Shown one piece after another: positions 1-19,199 of a stretch of DNA of 56,284 bases (positions are counted from its first letter, which is position 1; every line of letters begins with the position of its first letter). The position numbers and the translations under genes were made by a program. The notes below the pieces were generated by a model. The model was not told where the DNA came from and did not search any database. It saw only the letters and a list, made by a program, of their open reading frames with translations. This DNA comes from Eledone cirrhosa (taxonomy: Eukaryota): positions 1 through 56,284 of the forward strand of contig CAXHJY010001679.1 in assembly GCA_964016885.1 (NCBI GenBank). Direction: 5' to 3'.

Positions 1-173
1 TATGTATATATATATATGTATATATATATATGTATATATGTATATATGTATATGTATATATGTATATATGTATATGTATATATGTATATATATGTATATG
101 TATATATATATGTATATGTATATATGTGTATATGTATATATATATATGTATATATATGTATATGTATATGTAT

Positions 174-206
<33 letters not shown>

Positions 207-610
207 TATATATATATATGTATATATATATATGTATATGTATATATATATATGTATATGTATATATATGTATATATATATGTATATGTATATATATATA
301 TGTGTATATGTATATATGTATATATATATGTATATGTATATGTATATATATATATGTATATGTATATATATATATGTGTATATGTATATATGTATATATA
401 TATATATGTATATATATGTATATATATATATGTGTATATATATATGTATGTATATATGTATATATATATATATGTGTATATATATGTGTATATATATGTA
501 TATATATATATATGTATATATATGTATATATATGTATATATATGTATATATATGTATATATATGTATATATATGTATATATATGTATATATGTATATATA
601 TGTATATATG

Positions 611-648
<38 letters not shown>

Positions 649-1145
649 TGTATATATATATGTATATGTATATATATATGTATATATATATATATGTATA
701 TATATATGTATATGTATATATATATGTATATATATATGTATATATATATGTATATGTATATATATATGTATATGTATACGTATATGTATATATATATGTA
801 TATATATGTATATATATGTATATGTATATATATGTATGTATATGTATATGTATATATGTATATGTATCTATATATATATATGTTGTATATGTATATATAT
901 ATATATGTATATGTATATATTTATATATATGTATATGTATATATATGTATATGTATATAAATATATATATGTATATAAATATATATATGTATATAAATAT
1001 ATATATATGTATATATATATATGTATATATATGTATATGTATATATATATATGTATATATGTATATATATATATGTATACATGTATATATATATATATAT
1101 ATATGTGTATATATATATGTATATATATACATATATGTATATATG

Positions 1146-1176
<31 letters not shown>

Positions 1177-1393
1177 TTATGTATATATATGTATATATAT
1201 ATATGTGTATATATATATGTATGTATATATGTATATATATATATATGTGTATATATATGTGTATATATATGTATATATATATATATGTATATATATGTAT
1301 ATATATGTATATATATGTATATATATGTATATATATGTATATATATGTATATATATGTATATATATGTATATATGTATATATATGTATATATG

Positions 1394-1431
<38 letters not shown>

Positions 1432-1912
1432 TGTATATATATATATGTATATGTATATATATATGTATATATATATATATGTATATATATATGTATGTAT
1501 ATATATATATGTATATATATATATATGTATATATATATGTATATGTATATATATATGTATATGTATACGTATATGTATATATATATGTATATGTATATAT
1601 ATGTATATGTATATATATGTATGTATATGTATATGTATATATGTATATGTATCTATATATATATATGTTGTATATGTATATATATATATATGTATATGTA
1701 TATATTTATATATATGTATATGTATATATATGTATATGTATATAAATATATATATGTATATAAATATATATATATGTATATATATATATGTATATATATG
1801 TATATGTATATATATATATGTATATATGTATATATATATATGTATACATGTATATATATATATATATATATGTGTATATATATATGTATATATATACATA
1901 TATGTATATATG

Positions 1913-1943
<31 letters not shown>

Positions 1944-2070
1944 TTATGTATATATATGTATATATATATATGTATATGTATATATATATATGTATATATG
2001 TATATGTATATATATATATGTATATATGTATGTATATGTGTATATATATATATGTATATATATGTATATG

Positions 2071-2101
<31 letters not shown>

Positions 2102-2105
2102 GTAT

Positions 2106-2155
<50 letters not shown>

Positions 2156-2318
2156 GTATATGTATATATATATATATGTATATATATGTATATGTATATA
2201 TATATATATGTATATGTATGTATATATATATATATGTATATGTATATATATATATATGTATATATATATATGTATATATATATATATGTATATATATATA
2301 TGTATATATATATATATG

Positions 2319-2365
<47 letters not shown>

Positions 2366-2416
2366 GTGTGTGTGTATGTGTATATATGTATATATATATA
2401 TTTGTATATATATATT
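1..2416. repeat. Compound (TA)n/(TATG)n microsatellite field
   Basis: Almost pure alternating TA interrupted by G; the Y/I/M/C/V ORFs over it are translation artefacts. Confidence 0.98.
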
Positions 2417-3024
2417 ATGTCAGGTCACCAGTTGGTGCTACTGGTAACATGTATCCCAGTACAACCTGTCTCATGGTCGGGTCGTTGGCGACTAAACTGG
2501 CAACCCCACCAAGGTTTCTTGGTGAGGAGGGTGACTTTGGACATCCTGCAGGACTAAAAACAAAACCTGTCAAAGGGCAAAGGAGCTCTTAAGAGTCAAT
2601 GGCCATCCAAAATCACCGGGAGAGATGACCCCTTAGCCTTTGTCAAGGCAGAATTCTAGGAGAAGGAAAACTCTGATATAACACCTGCAACCCTGATGGT
2701 ATCCAATGATGTTGACTTGTTCTTCTTTTTGGTAAATATCATCTTGGTTAAGAGAGTGGGACTGGCTTTGTGCAGTGCCTTTGCTCACTATAAAAGCTTC
2801 ACGGCACAGGCATTGCTTTATATCTGGAGATCTCTGCACTTGTCGTCACAGGGTACCATGGGCCCAGCACTATGTGTCAATAATTGTCACAAGTGTAGTG
2901 TTTGTACCAGAGTTTTCAAGTCGCTGGCTGGAATAAAAAGTCACATTCGTTCAGCGCATCGGTAGGGGTTCTCCTACATGGATATAAAGTAGTGGCCGTA
3001 CTCGAAAACGAGTTGGCAGCCACC
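2417..3024 (+). mobile_element. Non-autonomous, internally deleted RTE-clade LINE derivative, copy 1
   Basis: Near-identical copy at 49851-50459; RTE-like 5'UTR motif CTAGGAGAAGGAAAACTCTGA (family recalled, not searched); ends with C2H2-like peptide [23 protein letters not shown]-stop, then a 3' stem-loop GTGGC..CTCG-AAAA-CGAG..GCCAC and a TA tail. Confidence 0.65.
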
Positions 3025-10142
<7,118 letters not shown>

Positions 10143-10214
<72 letters not shown>

Positions 10215-10230
10215 GACAGAAACACAAACA
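10143..10230. repeat. (CA)n microsatellite
   Basis: Direct reading. Confidence 0.97.
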
Positions 10231-10395
10231 CATATATATGTATATATATCTATATAATTATCAAGTTCTCCACAGCTACATACCCTTCAATCACCAATCA
10301 CTTTACAGAGTGAGCTGGTCTGTTTACTCTATAAATCACCCTGTTGTCATATATTTGACGCAGTTGAAGAGTCCTGGACAACCATTGTTTGCCAG

Positions 10396-10441
<46 letters not shown>

Positions 10442-10510
10442 ATACTTGGGGACTGTAATATTGCCAGAATTAATACCAGATATATATACATATATAATAA
10501 AGAAGAAATT

Positions 10511-11185
10511 AAAAGATGGTTAAAAGAATTCCATATATTATATTAAAAGATGTTTAAGAGAGTTCCATATATTATATTAAAAGATGTTTAAGAGAGTTCC
10601 ATATATTATATTAAAAGATTTTTAAGAGAGTTCCATATATTATATTAAAAGATGTTTAAGAGAGTTCCATATATTATATTAAAAGCTGTTTAAGAGAGTT
10701 CCATATATTATATTAAAAGATGTTTAAGAGAGTTCCATATATTATATTAAAAGATGTTTAAGAGAGTTCCATATATTATATTAAAAGATGTTTAAGAGAG
10801 TTCCATATATTATATTAAAAGATGTTTAAGAGAGTTCCATATATTATATTAAAAGATGTTTAAGAGAGTTCCATATATTATATTAAAAGATGTTTAAGAG
10901 AGTTCCATATATTATATTAAAAGATGTTTAAGAGAGTTCCATATATTATATTAAAAGATGTTTAAGAGAGTTCCATATATTATATTAAAAGATGTTTAAG
11001 AGAGTTCCATATATTATATTAAAAGATGTTTAAGAGAGTTCCATATATTATATTAAAAGATGTTTAAGAGAGTTCCATATATTATATTAAAAGATGTTTA
11101 AGAGAGTTCCATATATTATATTATAAGATGGTTAAAAGAATTCCATATATTATATTAAAAGATGGTTAAAAGAGTTCCATATATT
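10511..11185. repeat. 34-bp minisatellite, ~20 copies (AAAAGATGTTTAAGAGAGTTCCATATATTATATT)
   Basis: Units start at 10511, 10545, 10579 and so on; near-identical, no spacers. Confidence 0.97.
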
Positions 11186-11251
11186 TTATTATGCGCATTT
11201 CGAATACAAAATCATCCTGGGACAAAAATTGTGATCTCATCAGCGAAAATA
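11182..11251 (-). ncRNA. Minimal hammerhead ribozyme (TGCGCA family), left arm of an inverted pair
   Basis: Reverse complement reads TATTTTCG-CTGATGA-GATCACAA...TTGTATTC-GAAA-TGCGCA-TA-ATAAAATA; stem I is imperfect next to the core. Confidence 0.65.
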
Positions 11252-11308
11252 GCGTAATATGATATGAGGTATAATAGCACTTGTTTACAGGAAAGTGCTA
11301 AGACTACA

Positions 11309-11372
11309 TTTATCTGATGAGAACACAATTTTTGTCCCAGGATGATTTTGTATTCGAAATGCGCATAATAAA
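11309..11372 (+). ncRNA. Minimal hammerhead ribozyme (TGCGCA family), right arm of an inverted pair
   Basis: TTTAT-CTGATGA-GAACACAA...TTGTATTC-GAAA-TGCGCA-TA-ATAAA; intact core and palindromic stem III. Confidence 0.8.
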
Positions 11373-11471
11373 ATATATGGCACTCTTTTAACCATCTTTT
11401 AATTTCTTCTTTATCATATATATTCCAGTTCTGCATAGTCTTATTGTTCTACAATATTACTCACCTTCTTC

Positions 11472-11572
<101 letters not shown>

Positions 11573-11591
11573 TATTATATAATTATATATT

Positions 11592-11652
11592 TATTTTATT
11601 ATATATATTTCAAGGGTACCAAAATTTTGGTACGCGCTCATCAGATAAAATA
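11592..11652 (-). ncRNA. Hammerhead ribozyme in the PLE 3' pseudo-LTR (TATATA family)
   Basis: Reverse complement: TATTTTAT-CTGATGA-GCGCGTACCA aaattt TGGTACCCTT-GAAA-TATATA-TA-ATAAAATA; same strand as the PLE ORF. Confidence 0.85.
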
Positions 11653-11950
11653 CAAAAGTTGTTTTATAAATAGTGACATATCCAAAAAACAAGACCTTAT
11701 CGTTTAAATTCTGTTTGAATAGTGAACGAAATTTCAAATCTTAGGATGAATATGTTAATGAGGCTGGCGTGAAGTTTAAAAAGATCGTTATATTTAGACG
11801 CTAGGTAAATTGAAATAATTATTAGCATAATTTTTTAAGGGAAGATGAGAGAGAGAGGTTAATATTAATATTAGGGTGTAAGAAAATTTAAGGAATGAAT
11901 ATAAGAAAAAAATACATTATAGTTAGAAATAGACTATTATTATTAAAATA

Positions 11951-12038
11951 ACTTTGCCTTTCATCCTTCCGGGGTCGATAAAATAAAGTACCGGTAATGC
12001 ACTGGGTATTTGCTGGCCTTGTGCCAAAAGTAGAAACA
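11951..12038 (+). mobile_element. 5'-truncated SINE (family A) with ATTATTAAAATA target-site duplication; also in units 2 and 3
   Basis: Matches the 3' part of the full SINE at 33965-34153; direct repeats at 11939-11950 and 12039-12050. Confidence 0.8.
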
Positions 12039-12251
12039 ATTATTAAAATATAATCGTATGGATCATATCAGTGATGGTGTAAAGAGAGTGAAATAATTAT
12101 ATTTATTTATTTAATTATATAATTATATATTTTAGTAGTATCTATAACATAATATGTGAATTATAAATGTGTTGAAGTGGTTGAATACCAATTTTAAAAA
12201 TTGAGAGATACTAAATATTGGATCCATTCTAATCGTGAGTTATAATATAGA

Positions 12252-12372
12252 TAATTGTTTCTACTTTTGGCACAAGGCCAGCAATTACCCAGTGCATTAC
12301 TGGTACTTTATTTTATCGACCCCGTAAGGATGAAAGGCAAAGTTAACCTCGGCAGGATTTGAACTCAGATCA
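12252..12372 (-). mobile_element. SINE family A fragment; also in units 2 and 3
   Basis: Reverse complement of the B-box-to-tail portion (CTGAGTTCAAATCC...CCTTGTGCCAAAAGTAGAAACAATT). Confidence 0.82.
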
Positions 12373-13973
12373 GAAAGGGGCGTAGATAATATTTATAAGT
12401 ATATTTTATGAGGAATTTTGGTTGTAAGTATATTTTACTTTATTATATTACAACAGGTTATTCGTATAAAAATTTATATAAATAATTTTGGTGAGTATAT
12501 ATGTTGTTTTATCAATAGATAGTTAATTTAAACATTTTTTTTATATATATGTTAAGTGTTTCGATGAATTTCTTGTTTACATCTTCAATATATAGTTTAA
12601 AAAAAGGAAGTAGTTCTATTTTTATTATAGAAGATTATTTTGTACATTCTATAGTTCCATCTAGATAGGAATACATTTACAAAATTTACGAAGTTAACAA
12701 AATTATACAGAAAATTTAATATTTATGTAAAGTTTAGTTGTTACTTAGAAGAAATGTTTAAGCGTGTAACATTATAAAGGAAAAGATAACTCCAATATTT
12801 CTTAGTTAAAATAGTTACATTTGTCGTTTATACTAGAATTTACTTTAAGAAAATATTCAATTAAGATATATGCATTTAAGTTGTATATAAAACATATGTA
12901 TAAAAATGTTATATATTATTTTGTATATGATTTAAAAAAATCCTATATTACATATTTTCTAAGATAAAAATTCTTTTACATATGTATTTAGATAGCATTA
13001 CTTACATTTATGCATATGTTAATGTCTATATAGTCTATTAGGAAGAAATATTACAGACATCAACAGTATATACAGAAACATCATTAAAACTATCACAAAA
13101 AGATATATTTCAAAATATCATTTAAAAAAGCCCTTTAAAAAGAATATCATTTGAAAAATATTGAAAAAACGCCACAAAACATAGTGAAGACAGAATGTAA
13201 ACAAGTGAGATATATATAATATTTTCTATAGATTATAGATACTTCTGAACGTTTTAGATTGGCGATGTCTTTTTATTAATAGAATTTTGATTGGTAAGTA
13301 TATGAAATATTTCCTCAATACTCAAATGATAAATTCTTGAGAGAGCCATATTTCGGTATGCGGGCGCTTTAGAAATCGTTCCCCCAAGAGATTGAATAGT
13401 CAATATGATTGTCTTTGAAGTACCAAATTAGATGTGAGAGTGATGTTGAACATTTTTTGTCTGATTTATTAAATGTATGTTTGTGATTACACCAGCGTTC
13501 CTTAAATTTTGTAGAAGTGGCTCCTATATAGTTATATTTTTTTATTTAGGCAGTTATTCTGTAAAGGGCAATTTAATTCGTTTCTACAGTTACATTTTCT
13601 AGAGTTGTTGTCTATAGGAACGGTACGATTATTATTAGCATTAATACTGTTATTAGTAATATTAATATTGTTATTTTGGTTTATTTGGTTTGTGTTTAAA
13701 TTTAAGTTTCTATTATTAATTCTATTAATATTTTGTGCTATGTTTATAGTAGTAGAGTAAGATAGTTTTATAGTATGTCTGTTAAAAATAGAGTAGTATC
13801 TATTGGATTTAGGAAAACACTTATCCAATGCTTTGAAAAATAGGTTTGCTACAGGTATTTTAACTCCTAATGAGATTGGGGGAGAGTACCAAATAATATT
13901 TCTAGTTCTAGTTCTTTTGTTTGATTTACTATTTATATTAAATTGCTTATTATTATTATTATTATTATTATTA

Positions 13974-15302
13974 CAGTTGCATTTATCTTGCTTTATGTTC
14001 ATACGAGTTATCACCAAGTCACAACCAGTGACCTCAAGAGACAACAAGGTCCGCCATGTTCAAGAAAGAACATACATATTCACACATGCATCTTTAGTGT
14101 TTAGACTTGTGATGTACTTATATTGACAGAATCTTCCTTAGTATATGGGCAGTTCCCATTAGTACTATCTTTTGTATTTCTCCTATACGCGGGTTTCCTG
14201 GGATTTGCGATAAGTAATCATTAGCCCCCTTAGGTATCATTCCCAAAGCGCCTACAACCACTGGTATTGTTTTAGTTCTCAATTTCCACATTTTTCCAAT
14301 TTCTATCTCCAGGTCCTTATACTTGCTCAATTTTTCAAATGTTTTTATAGATACATTCTTGTCTATTGGAACAGACATATCAATTAGCAGGCATACCCTC
14401 TTTTGAAAGTCTTTCAATATTATATCAGGTCTGTTTGCATCTATTTTTCGGTCTGTTTGGATGCTAAAGTTCCACAAGATTGAGATGTGATCTTTTTCAA
14501 GTATGGGAGGTGGTTGATGCTCCCACCAATTCTTTTGATGGGGCAGGTCAAAATGCTTACACATTATCCAATGTATGTATTGTGCAGCTCTGTCATGCCT
14601 GTTTAGGTATTCGGTTGGAGCTATAGGACTGCACATTGAAATTATATGGTCAATGGTCTCTGGTTGTTTTTTGCATACACGGCATAATGGGCTGCACCCA
14701 TTTTTTATTATGTTGGCTTGGTAATTTTTTGTTGGCAGACACTGATCTTGTGCCGATATAATCAGTCCTTCAGTCTCCGATTTCAGTCCAGAGGATGCCA
14801 ACCACTGATGGGTTAAAGTTTTGTCAACATCAGGATTGTTAGCTCGCTCTGTGTATTTTCCATACAGAGGCTTTTCTTGCCATTTCTTAGCCAGTTTCTG
14901 TAGCAGTTCTTTCTTTGCAGTTGCTTTTACCTGCTTTGCTTTTTCTGTGTTTTCCATTTCAGCAGTAAATGGGACTTCTGAGATTTGTAGTCCATTACTG
15001 TATCTTTGTGCATCTTTTGTAATGGAATATGATCTTTTGATGCTTTCGTGTTTCAAAACGAGTTTGATCATCCAATCATGTGATTCCCTTAGATATGTAG
15101 ATAATCCAATTGTTGCAGTTTTCAACGCAATGTCTAACTGGATTAACCCACGTCCTCCTTCTTTCCTAGGGAGATATATTCTATCTATATCTGCCTTAGG
15201 GTGATGCATTCTGTGCATGGTTAAGAATTTTAGAATTTTTGTATCGAGCCTACGGATCTCTGTGCTTGACCAGTTGATGACATTGTAACTGTAGGTTACT
15301 AC
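13974..15302 (-). mobile_element. 5'-truncated R4/Dong-clade non-LTR retrotransposon in a (TAA)n tract, unit 1
   Basis: RLE-type ORF end plus a ~145-bp 3'UTR; flanked on both sides by (TAA)n (13947-13973 and 15303-15357). Confidence 0.88.
14118..15218 (-). CDS. C-terminal part of an R4/Dong-type retrotransposon protein (thumb region, CCHC knuckle, restriction-like endonuclease); frame is open back to the truncation at 15302
   Basis: RKEGGRGL, CRVCKKQPETIDHIISMC (CCHC), RHD, RPDIIL...IDMSVP (PD..D nuclease), K..KY, PVVVGALG; no internal stops. Confidence 0.88.
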   Translation of the reverse strand: MHRMHHPKADIDRIYLPRKEGGRGLIQLDIALKTATIGLSTYLRESHDWMIKLVLKHESIKRSYSITKDAQRYSNGLQISEVPFTAEMENTEKAKQVKATAKKELLQKLAKKWQEKPLYGKYTERANNPDVDKTLTHQWLASSGLKSETEGLIISAQDQCLPTKNYQANIIKNGCSPLCRVCKKQPETIDHIISMCSPIAPTEYLNRHDRAAQYIHWIMCKHFDLPHQKNWWEHQPPPILEKDHISILWNFSIQTDRKIDANRPDIILKDFQKRVCLLIDMSVPIDKNVSIKTFEKLSKYKDLEIEIGKMWKLRTKTIPVVVGALGMIPKGANDYLSQIPGNPRIGEIQKIVLMGTAHILRKILSI

Positions 15303-15358
<56 letters not shown>

Positions 15359-16341
15359 GTAAGTTTTAGGATGATTTTGCATGTTATTGTTATCTAAGTA
15401 TTTAACTTTATTCATGAAGCCAGCTCTATGTAAAGCATCATTATAATATTCTGCCTTATTTTCAAAAATACTTTTATTAGCTGAAACGCGTGAAATTCGT
15501 TGTTGGACACTATTGACAATAGCATTTTTTTACATTTCTAGGATGGTTAGAATGGAAGCTTACATAGTTTAGGTTTTCATTAATCTTATGGTAAGGGTAA
15601 TATAGACCTGAGCTAAGGTTTAAAGTGACATCTAAGAAGTTAAGTTTTATTATTCTCAATTTCTAATTTAAGGTTATAATTATTGAAAAATTCTATGATA
15701 ATTTTCTTTTTCCTATTAAGTTCGCTATTGCTATGGTTGTCAACTATAAGTAACATATCGTCGCGATATAAACCTCCGGCCATCTCTGGCATTTTTCTAT
15801 GTAGTACATTAAGAATAAATATTCCTACGAGGTCTGTTACTTGGGCTGAGTCAGATGATCCCATTGTGATATCGAAATTGTTCTGTCTATCAGCCCTAGT
15901 CCAGAGATGGTTATTAAATTCAATTAGGGTTTTACGTGCGGTTAAAATGATATTTATTTCATCACTAGATAAGGCAATATGTTTTGAAGCGTAAATAAGT
16001 GCCTTATTAAGTAAGTTAGGGGTAACATTTTCTTACACCCTAATTATATTTTAATAATAATAGTCTATTTCTAACTATAATGTATTTTTTTCTTATATTC
16101 ATTCCTTAAATTTTCTTACACCCTAATATTAATATTAACCTATCTCTCTTCCCTTAAACAAATTATCCTAATAATTATTTAAATTTACCTAGCGTCTAAA
16201 TATAACGATCTTTTTCAACTTCATGTCAGCCTCATTAACATGTTCATCCTAAGATTTGAAATTTCTTTCACTATTCAAACAGAACTTAAAACTATTAGTT
16301 CTTGTTTTTTGGATACGTCACTATTTATAAAACAACTTTTG

Positions 16342-16402
16342 TATTTTATCTGATGAGAGTGTACCAAAATTGTGGTGCCCTTGAAATATATATAATAAAA
16401 TA
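16342..16402 (+). ncRNA. Hammerhead ribozyme in the inverted pseudo-LTR (TATATA family)
   Basis: TATTTTAT-CTGATGA-GAGTGTACCAAAATTGTGGTGCCCTT-GAAA-TATATA-TA-ATAAAATA; stem I extends past an internal loop (TTATAAAAC/GTTTTATAA). Confidence 0.85.
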
Positions 16403-16535
16403 AATATGGTTTTATAAAGATAGTTTCCATTTATTAATATCATTGATATAATACTCCAGAAGAATCTTGTAGAGTGCTTCGAATCTGTTATAATTAAATT
16501 TGTTAAATAACCAACAAATTAAATGACTCTTTGCT

Positions 16536-17540
<1,005 letters not shown>

Positions 17541-17596
17541 ACACACACACACACTCACACATATATGTATATATATAAATGAAAGGTATAGAAAAT

Positions 17597-17642
<46 letters not shown>

Positions 17643-17754
17643 TACTTGGGGTGGGAAGGGGGGGAGCATATTGTTGTAATAATATTGCCAGAATAAGTAA
17701 TTAACTGATATAAAAGATACAGAAGCGAAAACCAGCCAAACAGTGAGTGTTCTG

Positions 17755-17814
<60 letters not shown>

Positions 17815-17925
17815 AATATATATACATACACACATATATATATTATATATACATATATCCAGGAAAAACTTGAACCGTTAAGTTCTTCTTTCCCGGTTAT
17901 ATCAATATTTATAAAACATACTTTG

Positions 17926-17986
17926 TATTTTATCTGATGAGAGTGTACCAAAGTTTTGGTACCCTTGAAATATATATAATAGAATA
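17926..17986 (+). ncRNA. Hammerhead ribozyme (TATATA family), solo pseudo-LTR
   Basis: TATTTTAT-CTGATGA-GAGTGTACCAAA gt TTTGGTACCCTT-GAAA-TATATA-TA-ATAGAATA. Confidence 0.85.
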
Positions 17987-18225
17987 AATATGGTTCTATA
18001 AATATAGTTTCCATATATTTAATATCATTGAATATTATACTCCAGAACGACTGTCGAGTGCTTTAAATCAGTTATAAACATTTATATTTGTTGAATTACC
18101 AACAAATTGAATATCCCTTCTGCTTACACACACATATATATATATACATATATAGTATTGAGGATACTATTTATGGTTATGTATATGATATTAATAAATG
18201 GAAACTATATTTATAAAACCATATT

Positions 18226-18290
18226 TATTTCATTATACATATTTCAGGGATACCAAATTAAATTATGGTATGCCTTCATCAGACAAAATA
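18226..18290 (-). ncRNA. Hammerhead ribozyme (TATGTA variant), left arm of an inverted pair; copies at 25757-25821 and 33343-33407
   Basis: Reverse complement: TATTTTGT-CTGATGA-AGGCATACCA..TGGTATCCCT-GAAA-TATGTA-TA-ATGAAATA. Confidence 0.8.
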
Positions 18291-18339
18291 CAATATATAA
18301 CAGTTTTACAAATAAGCTTTGACGTACCCTATTAAAATG

Positions 18340-18470
18340 CAACCTTTACGATCTGAGTTCAAATCCCGCCGAGGTTGACTTTGCCTTTCATCCTTACGGG
18401 GTCGATAAAATAAAGTACCAGTAATGCACTGGGTAATTGCTGGCCTTGTGCCTAAAGTAGAAACAATTAT
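18340..18470 (+). mobile_element. SINE family A fragment forming the spacer of an inverted repeat; also ~25871-26001 and ~33457-33587
   Basis: Sequence identity with the other family A copies. Confidence 0.82.
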
Positions 18471-18517
18471 TTTTAATAGGGTGCGTCAAAGCTTATTTGT
18501 AAAACTGTTATATATTG

Positions 18518-18582
18518 TACTTTGTCTGATGAAGGCACACCATAATTTAATTTGGTATCCCTGAAATATGTATAATGAAATA
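18518..18582 (+). ncRNA. Hammerhead ribozyme (TATGTA variant), right arm of an inverted pair; copies at 26049-26113 and 33635-33699
   Basis: TACTTTGT-CTGATGA-AGGCACACCA..TGGTATCCCT-GAAA-TATGTA-TA-ATGAAATA. Confidence 0.8.
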
Positions 18583-18714
18583 AATATGGTTTTATAAATA
18601 TAGTTTCCATTTATTAATATCGTATATCTACTCCAAATACTTGTCGAGTGCTTTATATCACTTATAAAAATATTTACTTGTTGTATCCCAACAATTTTAA
18701 ATAGAACTTTTGCA

Positions 18715-18760
<46 letters not shown>

Positions 18761-19062
18761 CTTATATGTCTGAATTATTGTCAGCTTTTTGCTTACATTA
18801 ATTTCTCTATTTTCATTTATATATTTATATATGTATATATGTGTGTGCGTGTATGTGTGTGTGTGTGTTATATCAATTCTCACTGTGGTCAATTTCGTCT
18901 AACTTAATTTCATTGTGAAAAAGAATGTACCAGCTGTGCTCTGAGCTCAGCATTAACCTACTTCCCTACTAGCATTGCCCTCTGTCTATTGTAGGTGTGG
19001 TGGATAACAAAAAAGTAACTCATGATATCTCACACACACACACACACACACACAGACACACA

Positions 19063-19119
<57 letters not shown>

Positions 19120-19138
19120 TATTATATAATTATATATT

Positions 19139-19199
19139 TATTTTATTATATATATTTCAAGGGTACCAAAATTTTGGTACGCGCTCATCAGATAAAATA
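19139..19199 (-). ncRNA. Hammerhead ribozyme (TATATA family), unit 2
   Basis: Identical to 11592-11652. Confidence 0.85.

Larger units (their letters stand above)
13255..16026 (-). pseudogene. Penelope-like RT + GIY-YIG ORF, frameshifted and interrupted by a Dong/R4 insertion
   Basis: FDITMGSSDSAQVTDLVG, GGLYRDD (RT catalytic motif), NFLDVTLNL, SNHP, IIWYSPP, CNCRNELNCPL..CL (CxCx5C), YIGATSTKFKERWCNH..STSLS.LIW; several frameshifts, and the GIY half appears deleted. Confidence 0.88.

Noticed and set aside
2696-2965. Host C2H2 zinc-finger gene
   Set aside because: A single terminal finger within a dispersed repeat; the second copy is frameshifted; better explained as a LINE ORF C-terminus
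10511-11185. CRISPR-like array (34-bp period); likewise the 44-, 49- and 72-bp arrays
   Set aside because: Head-to-tail monomers with no unique spacers, no cas genes and a eukaryotic context
11871-11876. TTAGGG as a telomeric repeat
   Set aside because: Isolated hexamers, no tandem array
13532-14047. 171-aa Asn-rich ORF as an independent gene
   Set aside because: A chimera of the Dong 3'UTR read in frame with the downstream Penelope ORF remnant
14821-15994. Plus-strand ORFs of 127 and 103 aa (and 13803-14126)
   Set aside because: Antisense shadows of the retroelement ORFs
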